From Dehalococcoidia bacterium (GTDB taxonomy: Bacteria > Chloroflexota > Dehalococcoidia > Lucifugimonadales > UBA3495), in the NCBI GenBank assembly GCA_965220095.1, contig CBDCPD010000001.1, forward strand, positions 20,700-84,699: 64,000 bases of DNA. The letters run 5' to 3'. Shown one piece after another: positions 47,370 to 58,528 of the stretch (position 1 is its first letter; each line of letters opens with the position of its first letter). The position numbers were made by a program, and so were the translations under genes. The notes under the pieces are model-generated. The model worked only from the letters and a program-made list of their open reading frames with translations, searched no databases and was not told where the DNA came from.

Positions 47370-48299
47370 TCAAGTCTCCCTCGCTGAAAATGGCTGAGCG
47401 GCGGCGAGGTCATGACCACTGAACTGGCGGATCCGTTCCCACAGCGCATCCCGATCGACTTCGAGGTCCCGCCACAAGGCCGGTACGTCGTCGATGGGGT
47501 CGATAACCACCACCTCGCACCCGCAGCCGGAGTACTGGTCGATGCGGTCCAGATCGCTCCGGAAGGCATGGCTCCAGCCGGCGTCGTGCCGAGCGATAGC
47601 GGTGGCCATCTCCGCCACCGAGTCCCGGGGGTAGATCACGCCCAGGATGGACAGGAGCGCCGCTCCCAAGTTCCAGAGCAACTCATGGGCTTCCCGCCCC
47701 TGGTCGGTGTGGAGGCTGAAGGATTGGTGGCCATCCGGTTGATCTCCCTGGGCGTACCAACGGGCGTTACCCCGCATGAACACAATGTTCTGAAGGACGT
47801 GGACCGCACGGTTGAGGCGCTCCAGGGTCACCAGTTCCCACTCATTGGAGACGTTGCCGTCGTGGCGAAAACGGTCCGCGGCGTTGGGCTCCCTGGTGAA
47901 GATGCGGCCCTCCCGAGCGGCTCGGGCCATGACGTCGTTCATGGTGCGGCGGTAGGAGGCGTAATAATCCAATGACACCACCTGCTGGCCGCCCCTCACC
48001 CCGCGATGGGAGCTCTCATGATCCCAACAGCCCGGATAGTGGCGCTCCCTGATCCGGTGCAGAACTCGGCGGATAGCGGTTTCCGCTTCGCGGCCGGCGG
48101 GGGAGGGGTGGACGATGATCACGTCAAGATCGGACCGCTCGTCCCAGCCGCCGGTAGCCCGGGAGCCGAAGAGGACGACGGCCTCAACGTCGGCCTGGAC
48201 CGCCAGGTCTTGGCAGAGATTGATTGCGGCTGGGTCGGGATCCGGGTGGATCACGGACGGCATCTCCTTGCCGATGCGGTGTCGTCTCACCGGCGGCAT
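47370..48299 (-). CDS. Nucleotidyltransferase (MNT/Pol-beta superfamily) domain protein with C-terminal helical domain
   Basis: VVLFGSRATGGWDERSDLDVIIVHP (GS...DxD NTase motif). ATG 48299 aligns with GTG 55902 of the paralog. Confidence 0.75.
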   Translation of the reverse strand: MPPVRRHRIGKEMPSVIHPDPDPAAINLCQDLAVQADVEAVVLFGSRATGGWDERSDLDVIIVHPSPAGREAETAIRRVLHRIRERHYPGCWDHESSHRGVRGGQQVVSLDYYASYRRTMNDVMARAAREGRIFTREPNAADRFRHDGNVSNEWELVTLERLNRAVHVLQNIVFMRGNARWYAQGDQPDGHQSFSLHTDQGREAHELLWNLGAALLSILGVIYPRDSVAEMATAIARHDAGWSHAFRSDLDRIDQYSGCGCEVVVIDPIDDVPALWRDLEVDRDALWERIRQFSGHDLAAAQPFSARET

Positions 48300-49084
48300 G
48301 GGATGGTCTCCATCCGGCCGGCGCGCCGGCGGCAATGGACTTGGTAGTTGTCGACGATGGTGGTCACGGGCGAGTCTCCGGGGGGCGGTATTGAGTGGTG
48401 ATTTCGGCGGGCGAAAGATGCTCGATAACGATCCGATTGCAATCCTCTGAAACGGAGGTGAACCCTGGCCAACTGCTTCATCTGCCAGACCGAGCTGGCG
48501 CCGCCCATGCGTGCGCCCCACGCCGTCTACGTCAGAAAGTTGTTTCTGCTGGGCGGTCAGACCTACTGTCCCGCGTCTTCGACCTCCTGAACATTAGCCT
48601 CAAGGTCTGGTGCCGGATCATCGCGGGAGATGACGCACTCTCAAACCCTGCACCGGACGCTACCGCACCGACTATTTCCTACGCAAATACAACATTGGGC
48701 CCATTGGAATAGCGTCGTGGGTCAGCAACAATAGATACACAACGGCAGCAGGCGGTCGTCAGAGTGTTTGACGAAGGGAGGCGACTCCCCCCGGTATGCC
48801 CAGCAGCGCGCTTCATGGGGCCATTAGCATGATCGGCGGCCCAGCCTCGAAGCGACCGGGATCTGAATTCCCCCCGAGTGCTCCGGCGTGGCGCGCCGGA
48901 AGTTTCACCCAGTACCGATCATCCACCCGGGCTCCGGGCAAGGTCCCGCGAAAGGTTCAGGTTTCTACACCACGGACCGCGCCCGTAAGCCGTAACCCCG
49001 TCGGCACAGGATGGCCAGATCGTCCACTACCCGACCAAACTTATCACCCACAAACCGCAACATTCCAACCCAGGGAGGCACTCA

Positions 49085-49375
49085 GTGTCCAGTTTTACAC
49101 CGTTAGGCGAGCGAATCGTCATCAAGCCGATGGAACAGGAAACCCAGACCAAGGGCGGCATCCTGCTCCCCGACACCGCCAAGGGAAAACCCCAGGAGGG
49201 CGAGGTCATCGCCGTTGGCTCGGGCCGCGTCGCTGACGACGGCTCCCGCATCGCCATGGAACTTTCCGTCGGCGACAAGGTCATCTATTCCAAGTACGCC
49301 GGCACCGAGTACGAAGACGGCGACGACGAATATCTGATCATGCGTGAATCCGACGTCCTGGCCAAACTGGGCTAG
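49085..49375 (+). CDS. groES: Co-chaperonin GroES
   Basis: [42 protein letters not shown]...[20 protein letters not shown] precedes GTG 49085. Confidence 0.95.
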   Translation: MSSFTPLGERIVIKPMEQETQTKGGILLPDTAKGKPQEGEVIAVGSGRVADDGSRIAMELSVGDKVIYSKYAGTEYEDGDDEYLIMRESDVLAKLG

Positions 49376-49429
49376 CCGTTCCGTTCCAACTCCTGAGCTC
49401 TCGTACGCACACCAATCCACCCCTGATAG

Positions 49430-51076
<1,647 letters not shown>

Positions 51077-51454
51077 CCTTACTGAATCATCAGGAATTGC
51101 AGCCGGGGCGGTCACGGCGACTGCCCCGGCGTTTTTAGCGCTGGTCGCCAACCGTGTCCCTAACACTTCAGGTTTGAGGGGAACCGGGTAATTGAAGGCA
51201 CGGGAAGAGCTATTGAACCGGCGCTGCCGTCGCTCCGGGTAGCATTTATCCGAGGGCTCTCGTCAAGTTCAGCTCACCAAGTCTTACATTTGAGTTGCGC
51301 GGCGCCGCACGTACTTGACGCCGCTTACCACCTTGCCACTGGTCTGCGCTCTGCAGGGCCCGGCAGGAACGGGGATCAGCCCCGGTGGTCGGAACAGCGC
51401 AGGCAGTTGTCCGCACCTACCACGATCAGGACCAATCAAACCAGGAGGAAACCC

Positions 51455-51667
51455 ATGTTCAGGGACATCCCAAGCATCCGATTCGGAGTGACCGACGGCC
51501 GGAAGGCCGACGTTTTCATCAACGACCGGCCCGCCGGGGCCATCCAATTCGACCAGGGGACGATCTGGACCCTACGACCACCACGGTCTGAGCCTGGTGG
51601 GAACCCAACTGGACATCAGGAAGGCCATCGTGCGCCACAATCAGCCAGTGGGGGTTTGATGAAATGA
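51455..51667 (+). CDS. Hypothetical small protein
   Basis: AGGAGG at 51444-51449 precedes ATG 51455 (MFRDIPSIRFGVTDGRKADVFINDRPAGAIQFDQG...). No family recognised. Confidence 0.35.
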   Translation: MFRDIPSIRFGVTDGRKADVFINDRPAGAIQFDQGTIWTLRPPRSEPGGNPTGHQEGHRAPQSASGGLMK

Positions 51668-51761
51668 GCGCCGGTCACCGTGATTATCGTCTGCGCCGCC
51701 GCGCGCTACAACAAGCCCCGGACCTTGACTGACCACGGACCAACCGGCACTGATCGGATCG

Positions 51762-52313
51762 ATGGAGACAACAATGACGACTTCGGACGAACAAACTCCG
51801 GCGTTGGGCCAGCTGTCCAAGCCGGCCAGCAAATCGCCGCAACAGACCTGGGCTCAGGACCCGCTGGATACAATCCAGACCAACCGAGACAACCACCGAG
51901 ACAACAATCCCGGCCCCACCGCGTCGCTATCCCGACCACACCCCCCCAACGAAGCTGAGATTCAGACGCTGACCGCCGAGCTCATGGCCAACGTCGATTC
52001 TGAACAGCACACGCCGGGAGCCGGCGCCATTCACCGTGACGGCCACAGCAGAAGCCGCGAATTCGCCATCGCTGCCCAGCAGGTCATGGGCGACGCCCCG
52101 GCCGGCACCCGCCATCAGATGGCTGCCGCGTTCGCCACTCTGATCGTCGCGCCGGCCCGCGCCGTGGCCGAACGTCGGAAAGACCGCGACGTCGGCGTCA
52201 GGATCGTGGCCATGCAGGAGTTCATCCAACTCCATCTGTTCAAAGGCGACGCCCAACTCTACCTGGCCCGCCCGCTCGCTCAATTGACCTGTATCGCTGA
52301 GCCAGACCGCTAG
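51762..52313 (+). CDS. Hypothetical protein
   Basis: Open frame with less biased composition than the antisense ORF 51927-52535. No family recognised. Confidence 0.3.
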   Translation: METTMTTSDEQTPALGQLSKPASKSPQQTWAQDPLDTIQTNRDNHRDNNPGPTASLSRPHPPNEAEIQTLTAELMANVDSEQHTPGAGAIHRDGHSRSREFAIAAQQVMGDAPAGTRHQMAAAFATLIVAPARAVAERRKDRDVGVRIVAMQEFIQLHLFKGDAQLYLARPLAQLTCIAEPDR

Positions 52314-52664
52314 ACGCCGCCGCACCGTTCGGACGGGGGGTACCAACGATTCATCAGGTGGGACCTGCCAGCCGAGCTGGGCAGCCAGGCAACCGAGGAA
52401 TCGCTCCCTGTGCACTGCGTCCACGCTGCCGGATACCAGTACTCCGACACCGTGGCGCCCAACTACAATTTTGGCAGTCCCACCGCCTGTTCTCCAACCG
52501 GCACCAGACTGCCGGCGCCTGCTGTGTGGCGCCAATGACAGGCAGCATGATTGGGCACCGCGACCGGCCGGGCAATCAGGTTAACCGCGTCCACATCAAA
52601 ACCGAGACCTTTTCGTCGGCGTGGGGTTGGTAACTGTTGGAGATTTAGTATAGTCTAGTTAATT

Positions 52665-53255
52665 ATGGATGTTGTTAGTCGCCGCATCAGTCTAACCGCT
52701 TGGGGTCGTCTTTACGGTTTCGACAAGGCCACGACCGCGCGTATGCACCATGCTGGCCGGTTGCCTCCCGAGTTGCAGGTCGAGCAGTTGCCCAACGGGC
52801 GCTACTATGTGGTGGTGCCATCCGAGAATGACGGGCGTTGCGTGGTGTACGCACGGGTTTCTTCTGCGGACCAAAAGGAAGATCTGGACCGGCAGGTGGG
52901 TCGGGTTGTGGAATGGGCGACGCAGCAGGGTTATCGGCCAGACGAGGTGGTCAAGGAAATCGGCTCCGGTCTGAATGGGAGCCGTCGCCGGTTGCGGCGT
53001 CTGGTAGCGGACCATACGGTGGGTATGATAGTGGTGGAGCATCGGGAGCGCTTGAGCCGTTTCGGGTTTGAGTACGTGGAGGCTGCGCTGGCTGGTCGGG
53101 GAGCACGCATCCTGGTGATGGATGAGGGCGAACTTGAGGACGATTTGGTGCGAGACGTAACCGAGGTAATGACCTCGCTGTGCGCTCGGCTTTACGGACG
53201 GCGTTCGGCCCGTCGGCGGGCGGAACGGGCACTGGCGGCGGCGCAGGAAGGTTGA
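52665..53255 (+). CDS. tnpA: IS607-family serine recombinase TnpA
   Basis: CVVYARVSSADQKEDLDRQ catalytic motif. AT-rich left end TTTAGTATAGTCTAGTTAATT lies before the ATG. The stop TGA overlaps the next ATG (TGATG). Confidence 0.85.
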   Translation: MDVVSRRISLTAWGRLYGFDKATTARMHHAGRLPPELQVEQLPNGRYYVVVPSENDGRCVVYARVSSADQKEDLDRQVGRVVEWATQQGYRPDEVVKEIGSGLNGSRRRLRRLVADHTVGMIVVEHRERLSRFGFEYVEAALAGRGARILVMDEGELEDDLVRDVTEVMTSLCARLYGRRSARRRAERALAAAQEG

Positions 53256-53705
53256 TGCAGCAGCCTGGCACCTACCAGACGCGTATTTTCGATTACGCGG
53301 ACATGGACTGCTTGGAGGGGGACGCCGCCTTGGCGGCCTACGCTGAGCTGTATGGTCGGGTGCAGCGGAAGCTGTTCGCCGACGTTGTGGCGGGCCGCTC
53401 AGCGGCATCGCTGAAGAGCGACTACATCAAGAAGCACGGGATACCGGCGCGGATGTTCAATGCGGTGCGGGTGTCGCTGGAGGGCAAGGTGGCGGCGGTG
53501 CGGGAGTCTCAGCGGTTGCAGCAGGACAGTCTGCAGCGGCGGATTGCTCGGGCCCAGCGGCAGGTTTCCGATGCCGCTGAGCGGGGCCGGTGGGATCAGG
53601 TTCATCAGAAGAAGCGGCGGCTGGCCAATCGTCGACACAGGCTGGCTGGACTGGAAGCCGACATCGCGGAGGGCGTGGTGCGGCTGTGCTTCGGATCCAA
53701 ACGGT
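53255..53705 (+). pseudogene. TnpB-related gene, 3'-truncated (first ~150 codons only)
   Basis: MQQPGTYQTRIFDYADMD...RVQRKLFADVVAGRSAASLKSDYIKKHGIPARMFNAVRVSLEGK...VRLCFGSKR is collinear with 19653-21278 up to CFGSKR. Unrelated sequence follows. Confidence 0.75.
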
Positions 53706-53935
53706 CGATATTATCCCCCGCCTGGATGCTCCTGCATGAAGGAGGAAACATCTCGAGTGCGGACGATTACGCGACGTGGGATGACACGGCGGCGCGCCAG
53801 AAGGCGCTGGATTGGGTGGGGGACTCCGCCGGGAATGAATTCCCCAGGATGAACGAGGTCATCGTGAAGTGCCCTCAGGAATACAAAGCCCAGCAGAACA
53901 GCGCATCCGCCGTCCAGTTGCAGAAACCTCCCCAC

Positions 53936-54901
53936 CTAAAGGTAGCGCAGGGCCGAACCGGCGGATTCGCCGCGGGTGTAGCGGCCGACCATGCCGCCGC
54001 CCTGCTTCCAGCGGCCCTGGCGCTCGATCTCGTGGGTGGGGGCGCCGTTCTGGGCCATGCGTCTTGCCATGCCGACCCTCCCGCTGTGGCCGCTGAAGAA
54101 CTCCCAATTCTCCAGCCCCGCGGCCCTGGCGATGGCCTTCACCCGCCGGGCGATCTGGGACTCCGACAGCCCGAACACCTTCACCTCACCGCCAACGCCC
54201 GCCGGCCGGATGGCGGAAAGCGCCGCCATGGCGGTGGGGGTGATGGCCACCACCGCGCCCTGGGCCTCCGCATCGGTCTTGGAGCGGACCACGGTGATGC
54301 GGCCTGAGCCGTCGTCCCAGCGCTGCACGTCGCCCCAGGTCAGAGACGAAGCCTCGGACCGGCGCAACCCTCCATCTGACAGGACAGCCACCAAGGCCAG
54401 GTCGAGCTTGGCTCGCTCGGAGGCTTGCTCGGGCGTCTCGATGCCGCGGCCGCGCTTGCGGGGCTGGACGGCGGTGAGCCGGATCACGGCGAGCACGTCG
54501 GCGGTGAGGGCGCCGGACTGGCGCTGAGGCTTCGAGAGCCGCCGACCCCATCCCTTTAAAGAGGCGCGCACGCCCGGGTCCCGACAGGGCGTTTCCAGCT
54601 TTGCCCACTCATGCGCTTTCGAGATGGCCGACGTGGCCAGCCGGATGGTGGCGATGCTGGCGCCGGAGTTCGCCCGGGCGGCCAGGTAACGGGCCACGGT
54701 GAGGGGCTCGGCGGGCAGGGACGTGAGGCCCACCTCGTCGCACCAGCCGGCGAAGATGCGCCACTGGGTCCCGTAGACGCGCCTGGTGTTGTCGGAGAGG
54801 ACCGACTCCAGGGATGAGGCCACGCCCTGGTCGGCGGCCCGCAGCGCCGGGATTGACGGGGGTTGATGGGGAACGAGCTCTTGGCCAACGGTGGTGGTCA
54901 T
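53936..54901 (-). CDS. Tyrosine recombinase/integrase (phage-integrase family)
   Basis: N-terminal SAM-like domain (RRVYGTQWRIFAGWCDEVGL...ARYLAARA). Catalytic-domain residues in LSDGGLRRSEASSL, FSGHSGRVGMARRM and GRWKQGGGMVGRYTR. ATG 54901. Confidence 0.85.
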   Translation of the reverse strand: MTTTVGQELVPHQPPSIPALRAADQGVASSLESVLSDNTRRVYGTQWRIFAGWCDEVGLTSLPAEPLTVARYLAARANSGASIATIRLATSAISKAHEWAKLETPCRDPGVRASLKGWGRRLSKPQRQSGALTADVLAVIRLTAVQPRKRGRGIETPEQASERAKLDLALVAVLSDGGLRRSEASSLTWGDVQRWDDGSGRITVVRSKTDAEAQGAVVAITPTAMAALSAIRPAGVGGEVKVFGLSESQIARRVKAIARAAGLENWEFFSGHSGRVGMARRMAQNGAPTHEIERQGRWKQGGGMVGRYTRGESAGSALRYL

Positions 54902-54969
54902 GACTTTCTCCGGCGGCGGTCTGGCGGCTTGGAATAGCGCACGGTCATTTCGGCATGGGCGGCGGGCGA

Positions 54970-55902
54970 TCAAGTTTGCGAATCTGAGGACGACTGCGCT
55001 TGAGCGAGGTCGTAACCGCTGAGTGCGCGGATCCGTTCCCACAGGGCGATACGGTCACTTTCGAGATCTTTCCACATGGCTGCCACATCGTCGATGGGAT
55101 CGGTTACCACCACCTCGCACCCACAGCCGGAGTACTGGTCGATGCGTTCCAGGTCGCTCCGGAACTCGAGAGACCAGCCGGCGTCGTGCCGGATGATGGC
55201 GGCGGCTATCTCCGCCACCGAGTCCCGGGGATAGATGACGCCCAGGATGGACAGGAGCGCCGCTCCCGAGTTCCACAGCAACTCGTGGGCGTTTCGCCCC
55301 TGGTCGGTGTGGACATTGAGACGGTGTCGGCGAGCGGGCGGGTCGCCTTCGGCGTACCAGGGGAAATTGTCCCGCAGCAGTTCGATGTTGCCGTGGACCC
55401 GGGCCGCGCGCTTGAGGCGCTCCAGGGTCGCCAGTTCCCACTCGTTGGACGCGTCGCCGTCGTGGCGGAAGCGGTCCGCGTCCCTGGGATCTCCGGTGAA
55501 GATGCGGCCTTCCCTGGTAGCGCGGGCGATGACGTGGTTCAGGGTGCGGCGCCCGGCGAGGTACTCCACCGGTGTCTTGACCATCTGTCCATCCACCACT
55601 CCATGATGGAGGCTGTCGTACTCGCCGTGGCCCGGGTAGTGTCGCTCCCTGAGCTCGGCCAGCACCCGTCCGAGGACCTTCCTGCGGTCATCCTCGTCGC
55701 CGGCAGCGGGATGGACGATGATCAGGTCGAGATCGGACTGCTGATCCCAGCCGCCGGTGGCCCGGGAGCCGAAGAGGACGACGGCCTGGGCGTCAGTCTG
55801 GACCGCCAGGTCCCGGCCGAGATTGATTGCGGCCGGATCGGGACCCGGGTGGATCACGGACGGCAGCTGGTCGCCGATGCGGTGTCGTCTCACCGGCGGC
55901 AC
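54970..55902 (-). CDS. Nucleotidyltransferase domain protein (paralog of 47370-48299)
   Basis: VVLFGSRATGGWDQQSDLDLIIVHP. Collinear with the paralog throughout. Start at GTG 55902 (or ATG 55938). Confidence 0.75.
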   Translation of the reverse strand: MPPVRRHRIGDQLPSVIHPGPDPAAINLGRDLAVQTDAQAVVLFGSRATGGWDQQSDLDLIIVHPAAGDEDDRRKVLGRVLAELRERHYPGHGEYDSLHHGVVDGQMVKTPVEYLAGRRTLNHVIARATREGRIFTGDPRDADRFRHDGDASNEWELATLERLKRAARVHGNIELLRDNFPWYAEGDPPARRHRLNVHTDQGRNAHELLWNSGAALLSILGVIYPRDSVAEIAAAIIRHDAGWSLEFRSDLERIDQYSGCGCEVVVTDPIDDVAAMWKDLESDRIALWERIRALSGYDLAQAQSSSDSQT

Positions 55903-56033
55903 GGGATGGTCTCCGGCCGGCCGGCGCGCCGGCGGCAATGGACTTGGCGGTGGTCAACGACGTAGGTCATGGGCAAGTCTCCGGCGGCGGGATTTCAGCG
56001 GCGATTTCGGCGGGCAAAAGATGCGCGATAATC

Positions 56034-56090
56034 GTAATTATCGCGCGGCGAACGGGCGTGCGCAAGCGGGCGTTTTCACCGTCGTTTGCC
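56034..56090 (+). repeat. Noncoding hairpin repeat, copy 2
   Basis: GTAATTATCGCGCGGCGAACGGGCGTGCGCAAG...CACCGTCGTTTGCC. The arm changes relative to copy 1 remain pairable (G-U). Confidence 0.5.
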
Positions 56091-56204
56091 GGCCCTCGGT
56101 TGGCAGAAATAGCCCCGATGACGGGTTTTCTCCCGTCGACCCCGCCGTGACCATCCGGTCGTGCCGCCCGACCACGCTCAGGACCACATCGGCGCCCACG
56201 GCAA

Positions 56205-56320
56205 CCAATGCATAGGTATCCATTCCATTGGTATCCATACCTGTCCATTGGAATGCATCGCAACGGAATGGATTGGTATCCAATGCATTGGAGTCCATTG
56301 CATATCAGTCAATACCATTC
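56205..56320. repeat. Cluster of interleaved short repeats and palindromes (iteron-like)
   Basis: GGTATCCA at 56215, 56230 and 56275. CCATTGG and AATGCAT occur several times. A perfect 14-bp palindrome TCCAATGCATTGGA lies at 56279-56292. Confidence 0.6.
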
Positions 56321-56418
56321 CACGGCCTGGCGGCGGTCCCGGGAAAATGACAAAACGGGTTCGGGGGCGTTTTCAATACAATTCCGGCAACGCCCGAAAT
56401 CACCCGGAGGTGAAACCC

Positions 56419-56623
56419 ATGCCCAGCTGTGTTGCCGGCGGCGCCGAACTGGAGCCGCCCGTCCGCGTTCCCCACACCGTCTACGTCAAGACCGCTCTAC
56501 CGCATCGCCGGCAAGGACTAATGCCGCCACGACATCATCAGGGCCGCGGTGGCCGCCGGTGTCATCACCGAAGTCAGGGCCGGCGCCGGTTCCGACACCA
56601 GCTTCGTCAAACCGCGGCAGTGA
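56419..56623 (+). pseudogene. Small DNA-binding-like gene with a frameshift and an internal stop
   Basis: GGAGGTG precedes ATG 56419. The frames join as ...VPHTVYVKT / PLYRIAGKD* / CRHDIIRAAVAAGVITEVRAGAGSDTSFVKPRQ*. Confidence 0.3.
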
Positions 56624-56648
56624 CCGTGCCCTGAGGAGCGGCCGCCGG

Positions 56649-57133
56649 ATGTACGCCATCACCCTGCACCAGCCTTGGGTGTCGCTGATCGCCCTGGGCA
56701 TCAAGTCCGTGGAGGCCCAGTCCTGGCCGGCGCCTGCCACCTGGTGGGGCAGACCATCGCCGTCCACGCCGGCAAGCGGGTGGTCAGGCAACCGGGCGTT
56801 CCCATAGAACGGGAGCTGCCGGCGCATTTGGGGAAGACTGGCAGAGGAGTATCCCGGCGGGCGCGGTGCTGGCCATCGCCTCCTGGCCGGGATCGCCAAG
56901 GTAAAGTACGTCAGCCCAACGACCGGATAAGCTGCATGACGGCCGCACAGAGGTCAGGTGCGCAGTGGGATTGGGACGGACGCGGAACGATCCGTGGGGA
57001 GACTTCGGACCCGGCTGCTGGTTGTGGTTCCTGGCCGAAGTTCAGACATTACCGGAGCCGGTGGCAGCCATCGGCCGACAGTCTTTCTGACGCTGGAATG
57101 CCGGAAACGAATAATCGTCGCGTCTCCAGGTAG
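56649..57133 (+). pseudogene. ASCH-domain-like gene with multiple frameshifts
   Basis: MYAITLHQPWVSLIALGIKSVE..SWPAP / HLVGQTIAVHAGKR / GAVLAIAS / LAGIAKVKYV / WGDFGPGCWLWFLAEVQTLPEPV are read in three frames. Confidence 0.45.
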
Positions 57134-57704
57134 AGAAACGCTCTCTGGTGGCAAATTGTCCAGCACGATAGTGGCAACGTCGGGTCGATTGGAACATGCA
57201 CCAATCGCATGGGAGCAACGGAAGTAGCATCCTACGCGCAATACTGGTCCGTCCGGACCGGCGAGCCAAGCGTGCGCTTCGCCACCCATCCGGTTCATGT
57301 ACACTGGACGGAACCGCGTTCGGCGGCAAACAACCATGACCACGCCCATCCCCATCCTGATTGACCCTATCCTCGACGTTCTACGAAGAAGGGTGAGGGA
57401 ATGGAATCCAGGCGAAACGTGATGATTGACCGAAGTTGCTTCGCACCCACACCTACGGAAATCGTGCAGACGCAAGCGTGGTTGCGGAGCGCACATGCAA
57501 ACGCCTATCGGCCCATTGGCCTACCACACTGAAAAGGTCATACAGAGCCTGACAAGCGACTACAGGCAAATGGAAGAAGATTACAACCGAATGTTTCGAT
57601 AACCAATCGGCGGTAAAGTTGGACGAACTCGGTCAACCGCGAGGTTCTGTGCCGGATTGAAAATGAAGAAGCATAGACGGTGGTCCAAAAAGGAGCTGCT
57701 GGCC

Positions 57705-57938
57705 ATGAACAAACCGCTGTACCTTAGAACGACGGTATTGCCCGGCGGAAGAATAGAAATCGTGGACCAGGAACTGTCCGAAGGGGAGACGGTCGATGTC
57801 GTCGTGACTGCCTCAGCGCCAACGCCGCGCCGCTCCATCATGGAGATACTCAACAGCGGTCCAGAGCGCCGCCTGTTCCAGACGGCCGATGAGGTGCGGG
57901 CGTACTTGGCGGAAGAGAAGGCGTCGTGGGACGGCTAG
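57705..57938 (+). CDS. Putative antitoxin (AF2212/DUF104- or AbrB-like beta domain)
   Basis: AGGAG at 57691 precedes ATG 57705. MNKPLYLRTTVLPGGRIEIVDQELSEGETVDVVVT. Overlaps the downstream PIN gene. Confidence 0.6.
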   Translation: MNKPLYLRTTVLPGGRIEIVDQELSEGETVDVVVTASAPTPRRSIMEILNSGPERRLFQTADEVRAYLAEEKASWDG

Positions 57939-58363
57939 ATCTTCCGCACGCTGGCTTGGTCTATCTCGATGCCAGTGGCCTCATATACAGCGTGGAGCGC
58001 GTGGAGCCGTACCGCACACTGCTTGAACCAATGTGGCAGCAAGCCCAGGATGGAAACCTCACCATCGTGAGCAGCCCCGTCCTGGTGGTGGAGGCGCTGG
58101 TGAAACCGCTCCGGGATGGCAACACCGAGATTGAATGGCAATACCGTGAACTATTTGCGTCCAATGCGGTGAGACTACTCGATGCCTCTTACCAGGTGTT
58201 TGAAGACGCGGCCCGCCTGCGCGCCGAGACTGGCCTGAAGACACCCGACGCTCTCCACGCTGCAACATCTCTTCGGGCGGGTTGCACGCTCTTCATCACC
58301 AACGACACCGACTTTCGCCGCGTCCAAGGGCTACCTGTCGTCGTCCTGGATGATCTGCTCTAG
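57926..58363 (+). CDS. vapC: PIN-domain toxin (VapC-like), third TA module
   Basis: LVYLDASGLIY...IVSSPVLVVEAL...TPDALHAATSL...LFITNDTDFRRV. Confidence 0.8.
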   Translation: MGRLDLPHAGLVYLDASGLIYSVERVEPYRTLLEPMWQQAQDGNLTIVSSPVLVVEALVKPLRDGNTEIEWQYRELFASNAVRLLDASYQVFEDAARLRAETGLKTPDALHAATSLRAGCTLFITNDTDFRRVQGLPVVVLDDLL

Positions 58364-58528
58364 CCACAATTGGGGGCACGATATATGCGCGACGACAACT
58401 TCAACGAGCACTACGAAGCTTTGTTGGCAAGGTACAACAGCAGGAATTGGAACGATCCACGTGCGTGAATGTTCCCCTGAGAGCCGATCGGCCACCGGTG
58501 GCTTCCAGGCAGGAGACTTGGATATGAA

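Noticed and set aside
47370-48299. Calling the C-terminal half of the NTase proteins a HEPN domain (fused MNT-HEPN toxin-antitoxin)
   Set aside because: An Rx4-6H motif is found only in the paralog (RRTLNH at 54970-55902) and is RRTMND here. It is not conserved, so HEPN stays a possibility to test rather than a call.
48780-49084. Looked for a CIRCE (TTAGCACTC-N9-GAGTGCTAA) operator upstream of groES
   Set aside because: Only isolated TTAGCA (~48831) and GAGTGCT (~48876) are present, with the wrong spacing. There is no inverted repeat of CIRCE geometry, so no call was made.
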